From contig JBCBUK010000004.1 in assembly GCA_039818205.1 (NCBI GenBank), positions 72,302-136,301 on the forward strand: a DNA stretch of 64,000 bases, in the 5' to 3' direction. The notes under the pieces are model-generated. The model did no database searches. It was not told the DNA's origin and saw nothing but the letters and a program-made list of their open reading frames with translations. The translations under genes and the position numbers were made by a program. This DNA is from Verrucomicrobiota bacterium. GTDB lineage: Bacteria; Verrucomicrobiota; Verrucomicrobiia; Opitutales; Cerasicoccaceae. Below are positions 30,822 to 40,256 of this stretch, one piece after another (position 1 is the stretch's first letter; each line of letters starts with the position of its first letter).

Positions 30822-33221
30822 ATGGACAGAACACATGCTTCCTCTCATTCAGTTTCATTTGTCTTCGTGTCACTCATTGCGGTCGGGGTCACTTGGCTGA
30901 CGCTGCGCCTTCGTTCCGTTTCCGGCGGCTTCTCGATCCTGGTCGCTTCTACGGTGTTGGGGGTGGGCTACATCGGATTCTTGGTGGATTCGCACCGGCG
31001 TTCTCGCGGGATGACTTGGACACAGACCATTGGCTTCTGGCTGATGCGCCTTGTAGTGCTCCTGCGCTACCGAGTCGTCGTTCACGGGCAGGAGAATCTG
31101 CCGCAGGACCAGCGGGTACTGATCATCGCTAACCATGTCTCTTATGCCGACGCGGTGATTATGGGCGTTAGCTTGCCGCGGCACTTGCGCTTCCTGGGGA
31201 ATGCCAAGCTGTGCCAGCGGCCAATCCTTGGTCGCCTTTTCAAGATTGCCGGTGTTGTTCCCGTGAGTCCGGAGAAAGCCCGGTCAGCGATTCGGACCTC
31301 GGTCGCCTGCCTGGAACAGGAGGAAGCCATGGTCATCTTTCCGGAGGGCCATCTGACGCGTGACGGTGACGTTGCCCCGTTCCAGGATGGATTTCGTCTG
31401 ATTGCCCGGCGGGCGAACGCTCCAGTGGTCCCGGTTTACCTTGACGGTTTGTGGGGCTCGATTTTCAGTTTCAAGGGTGGACGATTCTTTTGGAAATGGC
31501 CACAGTTTACCCGACGCACCGTTCATATTCGAATCGGCCAACCCATACCCACTGACATGTCTGCCGCAGATGCCCGCCAACTTGTTCTCGATCACGGAGT
31601 CGACGCCTTCCAACAGCGCTCGGAATTGAAAGGGCATTTGGGTGCCCACACGGTTGAGAGCTTACTCAAGCAAGGCAGCGAAGTTGTCGTGGTCGATCAC
31701 TCGATGGCTGAACCAAAAGAGATGAAGGCTAACGTTCTTGCCTCAGCCGCTTTGAATCTCTCCAAGGTAATTCGCGAGCAGTGTCCTGAGAAGCGGGTTG
31801 GGATAGTTCTTCCGCCGAGCCTCGGGGGCATTTTAACCAATCTCGCCGTTTGCTTGGCGGATAAGACTCCGGTGAACCTGAACTTTACCTTGGGCAAAGC
31901 GGCACTTGAGCGCTGCTTCGAGAAAGCGGAATTGAAAACAGTGATCACTGCGGCACCTGTCCGGACACAGGTCGACGGTCGAATGCCCGGTTTCCCATGG
32001 CCCGAACATACCCTGGATGTTCGTGACTTGATTGCTGGAATCGGAAAGTTTCGGATTATTAAGACGCTGTTGAGCCTCAAGCTTTTCGGCGCGAAATCAG
32101 CACTGAATAGGTTCCAGGTTCCCACGGATGGAGATAACGAGGAAGCAGCTTTGCTTTTCACTTCGGGAAGCGATGGCGACCCGAAAGGTGTTGTGCTAAC
32201 TCACCGCAACATCCTTGGCAATATTGGCCAAGTGGGAGACTGCGGCGTGTTGCCTGAAGGCGAGACACTGTTGGCGAATCTTCCGATCTTCCATAGCTTT
32301 GGTTTTACTGTGCAGGTTTGGACCGCGCTCAATGTCGGCGTCAAGGTGGTCACCACGCCATCACCGCTAGATTTTAAAAAGGCTGCAGACGTGATTGAAA
32401 AGGAGCACTGTAGTATCCTTCTCGGAACGCCGACATTTTTCCGGCCATACTTGAAACGGGTTGAGCCCGAGAAATTGAAATCGCTCAAGATCGTTGTGGC
32501 GGGTGCGGAGAAAACTCCGGAGGGTTTTCATGATGCTTGGGAGAAACGTTTTCCGGGATCGCATTACCTCGAAGGTTATGGCCTGACCGAAACAACTCCG
32601 GTTGCGGCGGTCAATGTGCCGGACTTGCCAGCCAAGGGCGATTCGCCTGCAGTTACCCGCACGCGTCGCGGTTCGGTCGGTCGCTTGTTTACCGGGATGG
32701 CGGCACGGATCGAATGCCCGGATACTGGAGCGATTTTACCTGTCACCCAGACTGGCATCCTTTGCTTGCGCGGGGTCAACATTTTTGACGGCTATCTGGG
32801 TGAACCGGAAAAAACTAGTGCGGTTATTGATGAGGACGGTTGGTTTCGCACGGGTGACCTTGGGCGGTGCGACGACGATGGCTTCGTTATCATTGAAGGC
32901 CGCTTGAGCCGGTTTTCTAAAATTGGCGGAGAAATGGTTCCTCATGGGACGGTTGAAACGGCACTTGCCAAAGCCTTTGATGTGGCCGAGAGCGAGCTGC
33001 CTCAACTGGCGATCACTGCACGATCGGATGACGCGAAGGGTGAAGCCTTGGTGATGTTCACTACCTTCGAAATCGACGCAGATACTTTGCGAGACAAAGC
33101 GAAAGATGCTGGTTTAGCCAATCTTTGGATTCCGAAAGACTTTCGCAAAGTGGATGCAATTCCCACCCTTGCTTCAGGTAAACTGGATTTGAAGGGATTG
33201 AAGAAGTTGGCTGCCGAGTAG
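30822..33221 (+). CDS. aas: Aas-like bifunctional lysophospholipid acyltransferase / acyl-ACP synthetase
   Basis: NHVSYAD and IFPEG (PlsC domain); FTSGSDGDPKG, EGYGLTE, RTGDLG, RFSKIGGEMV (adenylation domain); short N-terminal TM region. Confidence 0.85.
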   Translation: MDRTHASSHSVSFVFVSLIAVGVTWLTLRLRSVSGGFSILVASTVLGVGYIGFLVDSHRRSRGMTWTQTIGFWLMRLVVLLRYRVVVHGQENLPQDQRVLIIANHVSYADAVIMGVSLPRHLRFLGNAKLCQRPILGRLFKIAGVVPVSPEKARSAIRTSVACLEQEEAMVIFPEGHLTRDGDVAPFQDGFRLIARRANAPVVPVYLDGLWGSIFSFKGGRFFWKWPQFTRRTVHIRIGQPIPTDMSAADARQLVLDHGVDAFQQRSELKGHLGAHTVESLLKQGSEVVVVDHSMAEPKEMKANVLASAALNLSKVIREQCPEKRVGIVLPPSLGGILTNLAVCLADKTPVNLNFTLGKAALERCFEKAELKTVITAAPVRTQVDGRMPGFPWPEHTLDVRDLIAGIGKFRIIKTLLSLKLFGAKSALNRFQVPTDGDNEEAALLFTSGSDGDPKGVVLTHRNILGNIGQVGDCGVLPEGETLLANLPIFHSFGFTVQVWTALNVGVKVVTTPSPLDFKKAADVIEKEHCSILLGTPTFFRPYLKRVEPEKLKSLKIVVAGAEKTPEGFHDAWEKRFPGSHYLEGYGLTETTPVAAVNVPDLPAKGDSPAVTRTRRGSVGRLFTGMAARIECPDTGAILPVTQTGILCLRGVNIFDGYLGEPEKTSAVIDEDGWFRTGDLGRCDDDGFVIIEGRLSRFSKIGGEMVPHGTVETALAKAFDVAESELPQLAITARSDDAKGEALVMFTTFEIDADTLRDKAKDAGLANLWIPKDFRKVDAIPTLASGKLDLKGLKKLAAE

Positions 33222-33316
33222 GCGCCGCAACACACTAACAGAATTTGAGTTTGATCCCGTGCATGCTCATCCGAGAGCAGGGATCGACTCACTGTAATTA
33301 AAGAAAGGAATTTACT

Positions 33317-34021
33317 ATGTGGTCACCATCAAAAATGGCCGTACGCGAGTTTGGAAATCCCGAGGGCGAAGCCGTGCTGGTATTCGGAGGAATTGGTCCG
33401 AACTTCAAAGTGCTCGATAAAATGTGTGCCCAGCTTGGCGCTGCAGGCTACCGGGTTTTTTCCGTCGATTACCCATCGACTTACCATTCTATTCGCGAGC
33501 TCGCAGACAATCATGTATCTCCCTTTATCGAGGAGTTGCCGATCAATAGAAACAAGCCCCTGCACATTGTGACGTTGTCGATGGGCGGTATCCTTACCCG
33601 GGCCTATCTTCGGGAGAACCGACCCGAGAATCTCGGCCGCGTGGTGATGATCGCACCGCCAAACCATGGTAGTGAGGTTGCTGACTGGCTGAAGTTTGTG
33701 GGGCTCTTCCGTTGGGGGTTTGGTCCCGCGGGTATGGAGTTGACCACCGATGCAAACTCGACTCCCAATGCTTTGGGTCCCGCAAACTTTGACGTTGGAG
33801 TGATTGCGGGCAAGCGTTCGCTCGATCCCTGGTTCAGCTGGATGTTCCGTGGACCGCACGATGGAAAGGTGTCGGTCGACAGCGCCCGCCTCGACGGGAT
33901 GGCCGATTTTGCAGTTGTCAACTCGGACCATTACCTAATCACCCGGAATGCCCAGACGATCGCGCTAACAAAGTGCTTCTTGCAGCACGGCCACTTCGGC
34001 TCGAATGTGGCCAGCAACTAA
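33317..34021 (+). CDS. Alpha/beta-hydrolase (lipase/esterase), tandem copy 1
   Basis: VTLSMGG nucleophile elbow, RVVMIAPPNHGSE, HDGKVSV, SDH. Confidence 0.85.
   Translation: MWSPSKMAVREFGNPEGEAVLVFGGIGPNFKVLDKMCAQLGAAGYRVFSVDYPSTYHSIRELADNHVSPFIEELPINRNKPLHIVTLSMGGILTRAYLRENRPENLGRVVMIAPPNHGSEVADWLKFVGLFRWGFGPAGMELTTDANSTPNALGPANFDVGVIAGKRSLDPWFSWMFRGPHDGKVSVDSARLDGMADFAVVNSDHYLITRNAQTIALTKCFLQHGHFGSNVASN
33618..33975 (+). repeat. 358-bp near-identical direct repeat, copy A
   Basis: Matches 34397-34754 (offset 779) with four mismatches seen by eye. Confidence 0.93.
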
Positions 34022-34095
34022 GGGTCTGCGAATGTATGTTTTCGAAGAAGAAGGTGTTGTGCTAAGAGCTACGATTCAACAAGGGAGGTTCGAAG

Positions 34096-34800
34096 TTGTG
34101 GTCCCCGACTGAAGCTGTAGCCCATGAGTCCGGCAATGCTTGCGGTGAGACCGTGTTGCTTCTCGGAGGAATTGGTCGAAGTTGCCGTTTGATGTACCGA
34201 TTGCGGGATCAGTTGAGGCAAGCCGGATACCATGTCTTTAACATCGATTATCCCTCAACACGTTTTACTATTGATCAACAGGCTAGTGATCATTTAGCGC
34301 CACTTGTCGACAAACTAGAATTTGATCGGAAGAAGCCTTTACACTTTGTGACATTTTCAATGGGTGGGATTTTGATAAGAGCTTATTTAAGAAAGCACCG
34401 ACCCGAGAATCTCGGCCGCGTGGTGATGATCGCACCGCCAAACCATGGTAGTGAGGTTGCTGACTGGCTGAAGTATGTGGGGCTCTTCCGTTGGGGGTTT
34501 GGTCCCGCGGGTATGGAGTTGACCACCGATGTAAACTCGACTCCCAATGCTTTGGGTCCGGCAAACTTTGACGTTGGAGTGATTGCGGGCAAGCGTTCGC
34601 TCGATCCCTGGTTCAGCTGGATGTTCCGTGGACCGCACGATGGAAAGGTGTCGGTCGACAGCGCCCGACTCGACGGGATGGCCGATTTTGCAGTTGTCAA
34701 CTCGGACCATTACCTAATCACCCGGAATGCCCAGACGATCGCGCTAACAAAGTGTTTTTTGAAGCATGGCCATTTTAATCGAGAATTGGCGAACAACTAG
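34096..34800 (+). CDS. Alpha/beta-hydrolase (lipase/esterase), tandem copy 2
   Basis: VTFSMGG; same length (234 aa) as copy 1; TTG start. Confidence 0.85.
   Translation: MWSPTEAVAHESGNACGETVLLLGGIGRSCRLMYRLRDQLRQAGYHVFNIDYPSTRFTIDQQASDHLAPLVDKLEFDRKKPLHFVTFSMGGILIRAYLRKHRPENLGRVVMIAPPNHGSEVADWLKYVGLFRWGFGPAGMELTTDVNSTPNALGPANFDVGVIAGKRSLDPWFSWMFRGPHDGKVSVDSARLDGMADFAVVNSDHYLITRNAQTIALTKCFLKHGHFNRELANN
34397..34754 (+). repeat. 358-bp near-identical direct repeat, copy B
   Basis: Matches 33618-33975. Confidence 0.93.
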
Positions 34801-34814
34801 AAACGAGGTGTTCA

Positions 34815-35489
34815 ATGAATATAAATAAAATTAGATCCATTTTTCTTTGGCTGTTTATCGGATTTCTCAGCCTGACCGCTCTCATCGGTATCGCTTCCGT
34901 TCTGATAGGTGAGTGGAGTGAGACGCAATTGAAAGTGTTGGCGACGACCTTTTCGATTTCAGCCGCTAGCGTGTGCGCGATGGCCTGCGCGGCCTTTATT
35001 GAGAAGCGAAAACGAGGCGATATTGGCGGAATCGGAGTCGCGCTGAATTTCATTGCGGCCTCAGCGTTGATCGTTGGCGTTTGGGCTGAGATGGATGGAG
35101 AGATGTTTTGGAAAAGCACGCTTTCGGCAATCGTGCTCGCGCTTAGTTTCACCCATGCGTGCCTGATGCACTTGCCGACATTGGCAACGGCATATCGGTG
35201 GACCCAAGCGGTCGTTGTTGTACTGATTTCGATTCTCGGCGTGATGATTCTCTACGTTTTTTGGGCCGAGGTTGATGCCGAGAATTACTTTCGCTTGTTG
35301 GCAGTGGTCTCGATCATCACCGTGCTGTTCACCTTGGTGATACCAATCTTAGCGAAGATCTCCTCGTCAACGGTCAAAGTGGAGGCTGAGGTTCATCTAA
35401 GTGAAGATCATCTCTATCTCAAGCTGGTTGAGCCTGGACTCTACCGTGATCCGGATGGCAAAGAGTACCGCGTTAGTCGAGTATCTTAG
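34815..35489 (+). CDS. Six-TM membrane protein of unknown function
   Basis: Three hydrophobic helix-pair repeats and a short soluble C-terminal tail. Confidence 0.75.
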   Translation: MNINKIRSIFLWLFIGFLSLTALIGIASVLIGEWSETQLKVLATTFSISAASVCAMACAAFIEKRKRGDIGGIGVALNFIAASALIVGVWAEMDGEMFWKSTLSAIVLALSFTHACLMHLPTLATAYRWTQAVVVVLISILGVMILYVFWAEVDAENYFRLLAVVSIITVLFTLVIPILAKISSSTVKVEAEVHLSEDHLYLKLVEPGLYRDPDGKEYRVSRVS

Positions 35490-36472
35490 TCCTCCGAGTT
35501 CGAGAGGTGCTTGAGGCCAGCATAGACAGCCGTTATCGCTTGTGCCATGCGCTCATAGTCGAGGGTGTCCGCAGTATCGCTTTCGCGGTGGTAGTGTGGA
35601 TTCCGGTAGAACGCGGTATCAGTCACCATAACCGCTGGGATGCCAAGAGGCCAATAGTTGCGGTGATCGGAGAAATCGATGCCCGGGAGTTCTGTGGGTG
35701 CGGCAATGGATTCGATTGGCAATTCGGTGGTACCCGTCATCGCTGTTTTGACTTCTTTGACGAAGTCGCGTTGATCCCAACGACCAACCACGGCGAGGAA
35801 GTTTCCGGTGCTTGGATAGAGTAGCGAAAGGAGCTTGGCCGGATGTTCTTGGCTCCCAGCTTCGTCCTGAAAATACCCAATCATCTCAAGCACGATGACC
35901 CCGCGCACTGGCTTTGTTTCCAAGTCCAATGAGCGGGCATGGTGGGCGCTGCCCATTTGTTCGGAGGCAAAAAACGGCGGTTCTTCCAAGGGATAGGCGA
36001 CGAGGTCGACTGCGAACGTGGGTTCGTTGACACCAAGCATGCGGGCAAGCTCGATTAATCCGGCAACACCACTGGCATTGTCATCGGCACCCGGTGTATC
36101 TTCGTGAGTGTCGTAGTGTGCTCCGATGATCCAGCGTGGTCCGCCATCAGGTCCGAATGAGCCAATCACATTGCGGTAAGCGCTACCGCCAACGGTGAAC
36201 TGTTGATCGGTGACGCGGCCGCCCGCAGCACGAAAATTCTCGCCAATGTAGTCAGCCGTTTGCTCAAGGTTGGTATGTTCGCGGTAATTACGTGGATAAA
36301 AATCAACCGACAGTTTCTCCACGTGCTTCCGTAGCTTTTCGGGATCAGCGGATACCGCTGCGGGCTCTTGTGCATTCCAAATGGGTTGGGTGAGCAGATA
36401 CCAGGCAGCCCCGATAAATAGCCCCACGACTAATCCAACTCGTAATGACCCGATCGCAAATTTCCTAAGCAT
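35486..36472 (-). CDS. M28 family metallopeptidase
   Basis: IIGAHYD, PGADDNASG, LEEPP, LEMIGYF, FSDH, PHYH..SDT. Confidence 0.92.
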   Translation of the reverse strand: MLRKFAIGSLRVGLVVGLFIGAAWYLLTQPIWNAQEPAAVSADPEKLRKHVEKLSVDFYPRNYREHTNLEQTADYIGENFRAAGGRVTDQQFTVGGSAYRNVIGSFGPDGGPRWIIGAHYDTHEDTPGADDNASGVAGLIELARMLGVNEPTFAVDLVAYPLEEPPFFASEQMGSAHHARSLDLETKPVRGVIVLEMIGYFQDEAGSQEHPAKLLSLLYPSTGNFLAVVGRWDQRDFVKEVKTAMTGTTELPIESIAAPTELPGIDFSDHRNYWPLGIPAVMVTDTAFYRNPHYHRESDTADTLDYERMAQAITAVYAGLKHLSNSED

Positions 36473-36571
36473 TAATATTATTTATCACATTAGTCACGGG
36501 CTTGCAAAATAGGAGATGAGTAAAGATTCGTTGGCTTGAATCTTTGGCGGATTCTTGGATGATTGCCTGGC

Positions 36572-37405
36572 GTGAAGGTCAGTGTCATCACACCCAGTTT
36601 TAATGGAATCCGGTTCCTGGCCGATTGTATTGCATCGGTGCGCCATGCACTCAACGGAGTCGAGTTTGAGCACGTTGTGGTTGATGGAGGGAGCACGGAT
36701 GGCACGCTGGACCTACTTGCCGAAGAACCAGATATCCACTGGGTATCGGAATCCGACAATGGGATGTACGATGCCTTAAACAAAGCCGCCGAACGTGCAG
36801 TGGGCGACGTGATCATTCACCTGAATACGGATGAACAGTTGAATCGAGCCGGAGCGATCGCGGCGCTGTCTCGTTTGAGCGATCCAGCAATCGATGCAGT
36901 ATTGGGGCCGACAGTGATGGTCGACGGTCGGGGACAATTCCTGCAGCTCTTTAAGCAGGTAGTTGTTCCGAAGACCATCGACACGTATTGGCACATGCCA
37001 GTTCAAACATGCTCGTTCATCTATCGCAGAAAACTATGGGAGCGGCAACCTTACGACACTGCTTATCGTTTGATCGCCGACCACATATGGTTCCGACGGC
37101 AGATGGAGCTAGGCGTAAGTTTGGTGGCGATCGGCGAGCCGATTGGAATTTTTACCTGGCACGGAGATAACTTGAGTAGCACGGAAGGCAAGACCTCGGG
37201 TGAGGATGCCAGCAAGGAAGTGATGGTTTCTAAGTCACGCCTGAACTGGGCGAAGCGACTCTATCGACTGCGCAAGCTTATCGCCGGGGGATATCGTCCC
37301 GATCCCGTCGACTACGAGATGATGAATGGGAGGGAAGTACAAGCAAACCACATAGAAAAGCCCCGGTTGAAAATCCGGGGCAATCCAAGAGACCTTGTGA
37401 GCTGA
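36572..37405 (+). CDS. GT2 family glycosyltransferase
   Basis: VSVITPSFN, VVDGGSTDGT, SESDNGMYDALNK. Confidence 0.9.
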   Translation: MKVSVITPSFNGIRFLADCIASVRHALNGVEFEHVVVDGGSTDGTLDLLAEEPDIHWVSESDNGMYDALNKAAERAVGDVIIHLNTDEQLNRAGAIAALSRLSDPAIDAVLGPTVMVDGRGQFLQLFKQVVVPKTIDTYWHMPVQTCSFIYRRKLWERQPYDTAYRLIADHIWFRRQMELGVSLVAIGEPIGIFTWHGDNLSSTEGKTSGEDASKEVMVSKSRLNWAKRLYRLRKLIAGGYRPDPVDYEMMNGREVQANHIEKPRLKIRGNPRDLVS

Positions 37406-37414
37406 TCGCGGGGC

Positions 37415-38365
37415 TTAGAATCCCTTGATTTCGAATAGGCTGGTCACACTTTCATTTGAGTGAATGTGCATGATGGCCTTGCCGAGTAACTCCGCGACGC
37501 TCAATACCGTAATCGGCAAGCCACGGGTTTCGATTGGCGTGGTATTCGTGGTGATAAGTTCATCCAGGATGCCACCCTTGAGGCGTTCATACCCGATGTC
37601 GTTAAGCACGCCGTGAGTAACGGCTGCACGAACCGAGTTCGCCCCGGAATCTTTCAGGAGCTTGGCCGCTGCAGTCAAGGTGCCAGCCGTTTCGGTCATG
37701 TCGTCAATCAGAAGCACATCTTTACCGTCGACATCGCCTACAAGGTTGAAGGCTTCAACATCAGTTGCGCTTGTGCGCTTTTTGGCGACGAAACCAAGTG
37801 GCGCATCGAGGATCTCGGCGTATGCCGCGGCCATTTTCATTCCACCAACATCTGGCGAATAGACCACCAAGTCGCTTTCCAGCTTGAGTTGGTGCAGGTA
37901 ATTGGAAAAGACCGGCGAGGCGTAAAGATGATCAACCGGAAGATCGAAGAAGCCTTGGATTTGCTGAGCGTGCAAATCCATAGTCAGGACACGATTGGCT
38001 CCAGCTGCCGCGATCAAGTTAGCAACTAGTTTCGCGGTGATTGGTACCCGCGGTTGATCTTTCCGGTCTTGGCGTGCGTATCCAAAAAAGGGCAGGACAA
38101 CGGTGATCCGGCTAGCCGATGCTCGGCGGGCGGCGTCGACCATGATCAGGAGCTCCATCAGATGATGGTTGGCTGGGCCACAGGTTGGCTGGATCAAAAA
38201 AACATCGCGGCCGCGAATGTTTTCATCGATCCGAACGAAGGTCTCCCCGTCGGGAAATGCCGTTACGGTTGCCTTTCCGAGGCGGCAACCAATAAATTGG
38301 CAGATCTCCTCGGTGAGTTCTGGATTGGCATTGCCCGTAAAGATTTTTAGTTCCTGGTCTTTCAT
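37415..38365 (-). CDS. prs: Ribose-phosphate pyrophosphokinase
   Basis: FPDGE, PFFGYARQDRK, MDLHAQQIQGFF, SPDVGG, IDDMTETAGT. Confidence 0.97.
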   Translation of the reverse strand: MKDQELKIFTGNANPELTEEICQFIGCRLGKATVTAFPDGETFVRIDENIRGRDVFLIQPTCGPANHHLMELLIMVDAARRASASRITVVLPFFGYARQDRKDQPRVPITAKLVANLIAAAGANRVLTMDLHAQQIQGFFDLPVDHLYASPVFSNYLHQLKLESDLVVYSPDVGGMKMAAAYAEILDAPLGFVAKKRTSATDVEAFNLVGDVDGKDVLLIDDMTETAGTLTAAAKLLKDSGANSVRAAVTHGVLNDIGYERLKGGILDELITTNTTPIETRGLPITVLSVAELLGKAIMHIHSNESVTSLFEIKGF

Positions 38366-38445
38366 TGGCTGGGTTTCGTCAGGGATACTGGCAGTCGATC
38401 GGCGGATTTCAACGATTAGGTTACACTTCGATCGATTTTCCCAAT

Positions 38446-39486
38446 CTAGCTCGGCTGGATAAGGGATTCCTCGATTTTCTCAATGCGCTTAAAGAGTTCC
38501 GGCAAGCGTTTGGACAAGATGTGGATGCGGTTGGCTAAGGTCGCTTCGAGCGCGGGGCTGCCGCGGTAATACTTGCCTGCTTCCGTGTCGAAGTGAACAC
38601 CACCTTGTGCGCCAACGATCGTGCCAGCCGCGAGCCGTAGGTGCCCGGTTATCCCAGCCTGCCCGGCAAGCACGACGTGATTCTCGAGCACCGTGCTACC
38701 GGAAATTCCGGCTTGGGCAACAATCAAGCAATGCGGTCCAATATCGACGTTGTGGGCGATCTGGACCAGGTTGTCGATCTTTGCGCCCTCGCCAATCCGG
38801 GTGCTTTCAAATCGCGCGCGGTCAATTGTCGTGTTCGAGCCAATCTCGACGTCGTTGCCAATCACGACGTTGCCAACCTGCGGAACCTTCTCGTGGGTGC
38901 CGTTGGTTGTTTCGTAGCCGAAGCCGTCGGACCCCACAACACTTCCCGCATGAATGCGCACCCGATCGCCGAGCTCGCAGTCTGCGTAAACGGTTACCTG
39001 GGGATGCAGCCAGCAGCGTTGGCCGACGCTAGCGCCGCGGCCAACAAAACACTGCGCTTGCAACCAAGTGCTATCGCCGATCGTGGCGTGGGCTTCGATC
39101 ACGCAACCGGGTCCAATATGGACCTCCTCGCCAATTGTGGCGGATGGGTCAACGAATGCAGTGGGGTGGATGCCAGGCGCGGGCCATGGCCAAAGTTGTG
39201 ATTCGAGTTCGCCACAAATACGAGCCAACGCCAGTGACGGGTTGCCGACGCGCAGGAATGCTTGGCCATCGGCGGGCGATCCTTCGTAGTCCTGAGGCAC
39301 GAGGATCACTCCGGCGCGGCTTTCTTTGACCTCAGGGGTATACTTTTTGTTTCCCAGGAAGGACAAATCTTCGGGTGACGCATCTCGCAATGAAGCGATA
39401 CCCGTGATCGTTTCCCTGAATTTTCCTTCAAGGTTTTCGGCCCCAGTCAAGGCCTGGATCTGTGTCACGCTGTAGGCGATTTCCAT
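38446..39486 (-). CDS. lpxD: UDP-3-O-acylglucosamine N-acyltransferase
   Basis: Hexapeptide repeats, [34 protein letters not shown]. Start set at ATG 39486. Confidence 0.95.
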   Translation of the reverse strand: MEIAYSVTQIQALTGAENLEGKFRETITGIASLRDASPEDLSFLGNKKYTPEVKESRAGVILVPQDYEGSPADGQAFLRVGNPSLALARICGELESQLWPWPAPGIHPTAFVDPSATIGEEVHIGPGCVIEAHATIGDSTWLQAQCFVGRGASVGQRCWLHPQVTVYADCELGDRVRIHAGSVVGSDGFGYETTNGTHEKVPQVGNVVIGNDVEIGSNTTIDRARFESTRIGEGAKIDNLVQIAHNVDIGPHCLIVAQAGISGSTVLENHVVLAGQAGITGHLRLAAGTIVGAQGGVHFDTEAGKYYRGSPALEATLANRIHILSKRLPELFKRIEKIEESLIQPS

Positions 39487-39568
39487 CGACGAATAGATTT
39501 GGTTTTGAGAGCGCCTCATGGCGATCTTATTTATCTATCAATCCACAGCGAATTGAATCGGTCTAGGT

Positions 39569-39607
39569 AAAAAAAATGCCCTGGTGGTCGGCTGACCATC
39601 CAGGGCA
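39569..39607 (-). terminator. Rho-independent terminator after skp
   Basis: TGCCCTGG.TGGTC-ggct-GACCA.CCAGGGCA stem with an A8 run on the plus strand (U-tract on minus). Confidence 0.75.
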
Positions 39608-39629
39608 AGTAAAGTGAGCGAGTTCGCAA

Positions 39630-40169
39630 TTAAGGCTTGTTCGCGTTCAGCTTGACGATCACCTCATCGGTAATGTCCATGCTGTCCTTGGAATAAACCA
39701 CTGCGAGACCTTGTGTGTTCAGAACCATGTCAGCGCTCTTGGACTGAGCAACTTCGGTAACGACTTCACGGATTTCGCTGATGTGCAACTCAGTGATCGC
39801 TTGGCGACGTTGCTGGAGCTGACGGTCGGTTTGCTGGCGGAACTGGTTTACTTCAGCTTCCTTCTGCTGAATCGCAAGGATGTCTTTCTGCAATTGCTGG
39901 CCGATTTCTGCTTTGCGCTCTTCGGAGATTGCTGGCTGATTCGCTTCAGCCTGCAGTGCTTGCAGTTTCTCGGTCATCGACATGCCCTCTTGAATCATCG
40001 TTTGGATTTCTTGCTGGGCATTTTCGATGGAGCTCTTGAACTTCTCTTCGGCTTCCGCGGCCTTCCAGTAATTTTCATACAACTTGGCAACATCCACCGT
40101 GAGGATGGTTTGCGAAAATGCCAAGCTGCAAGAGCAGACAGCGAGTAGGGTGATCAGGAGTTTTCTCAT
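39630..40169 (-). CDS. skp: Skp/OmpH periplasmic chaperone
   Basis: Signal peptide, ILTVDV, long coiled coil, DITDEVI C-terminus; lies between bamA and lpxD. Confidence 0.9.
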   Translation of the reverse strand: MRKLLITLLAVCSCSLAFSQTILTVDVAKLYENYWKAAEAEEKFKSSIENAQQEIQTMIQEGMSMTEKLQALQAEANQPAISEERKAEIGQQLQKDILAIQQKEAEVNQFRQQTDRQLQQRRQAITELHISEIREVVTEVAQSKSADMVLNTQGLAVVYSKDSMDITDEVIVKLNANKP

Positions 40170-40256
40170 AACTTCTATGGTTAATAATGGTCTAGATAAA
40201 TAAATCAGGTGCGAATTTTTCGCGGACGTTTGGGTAAGGGAGTGCTGACAGGAGGA

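Noticed and set aside
30822..33221. Adenylation enzyme as the missing OleC
   Set aside because: It is fused to a PlsC domain with Aas-type motifs and lies over 12 kb from oleAB.
33618..34754. Near-identical repeat pair as a DGR template/variable region
   Set aside because: The four differences (T/A, C/T, C/G, C/A) are not adenine-specific, both copies lie in intact paralogous ORFs, and no reverse transcriptase is in the window.
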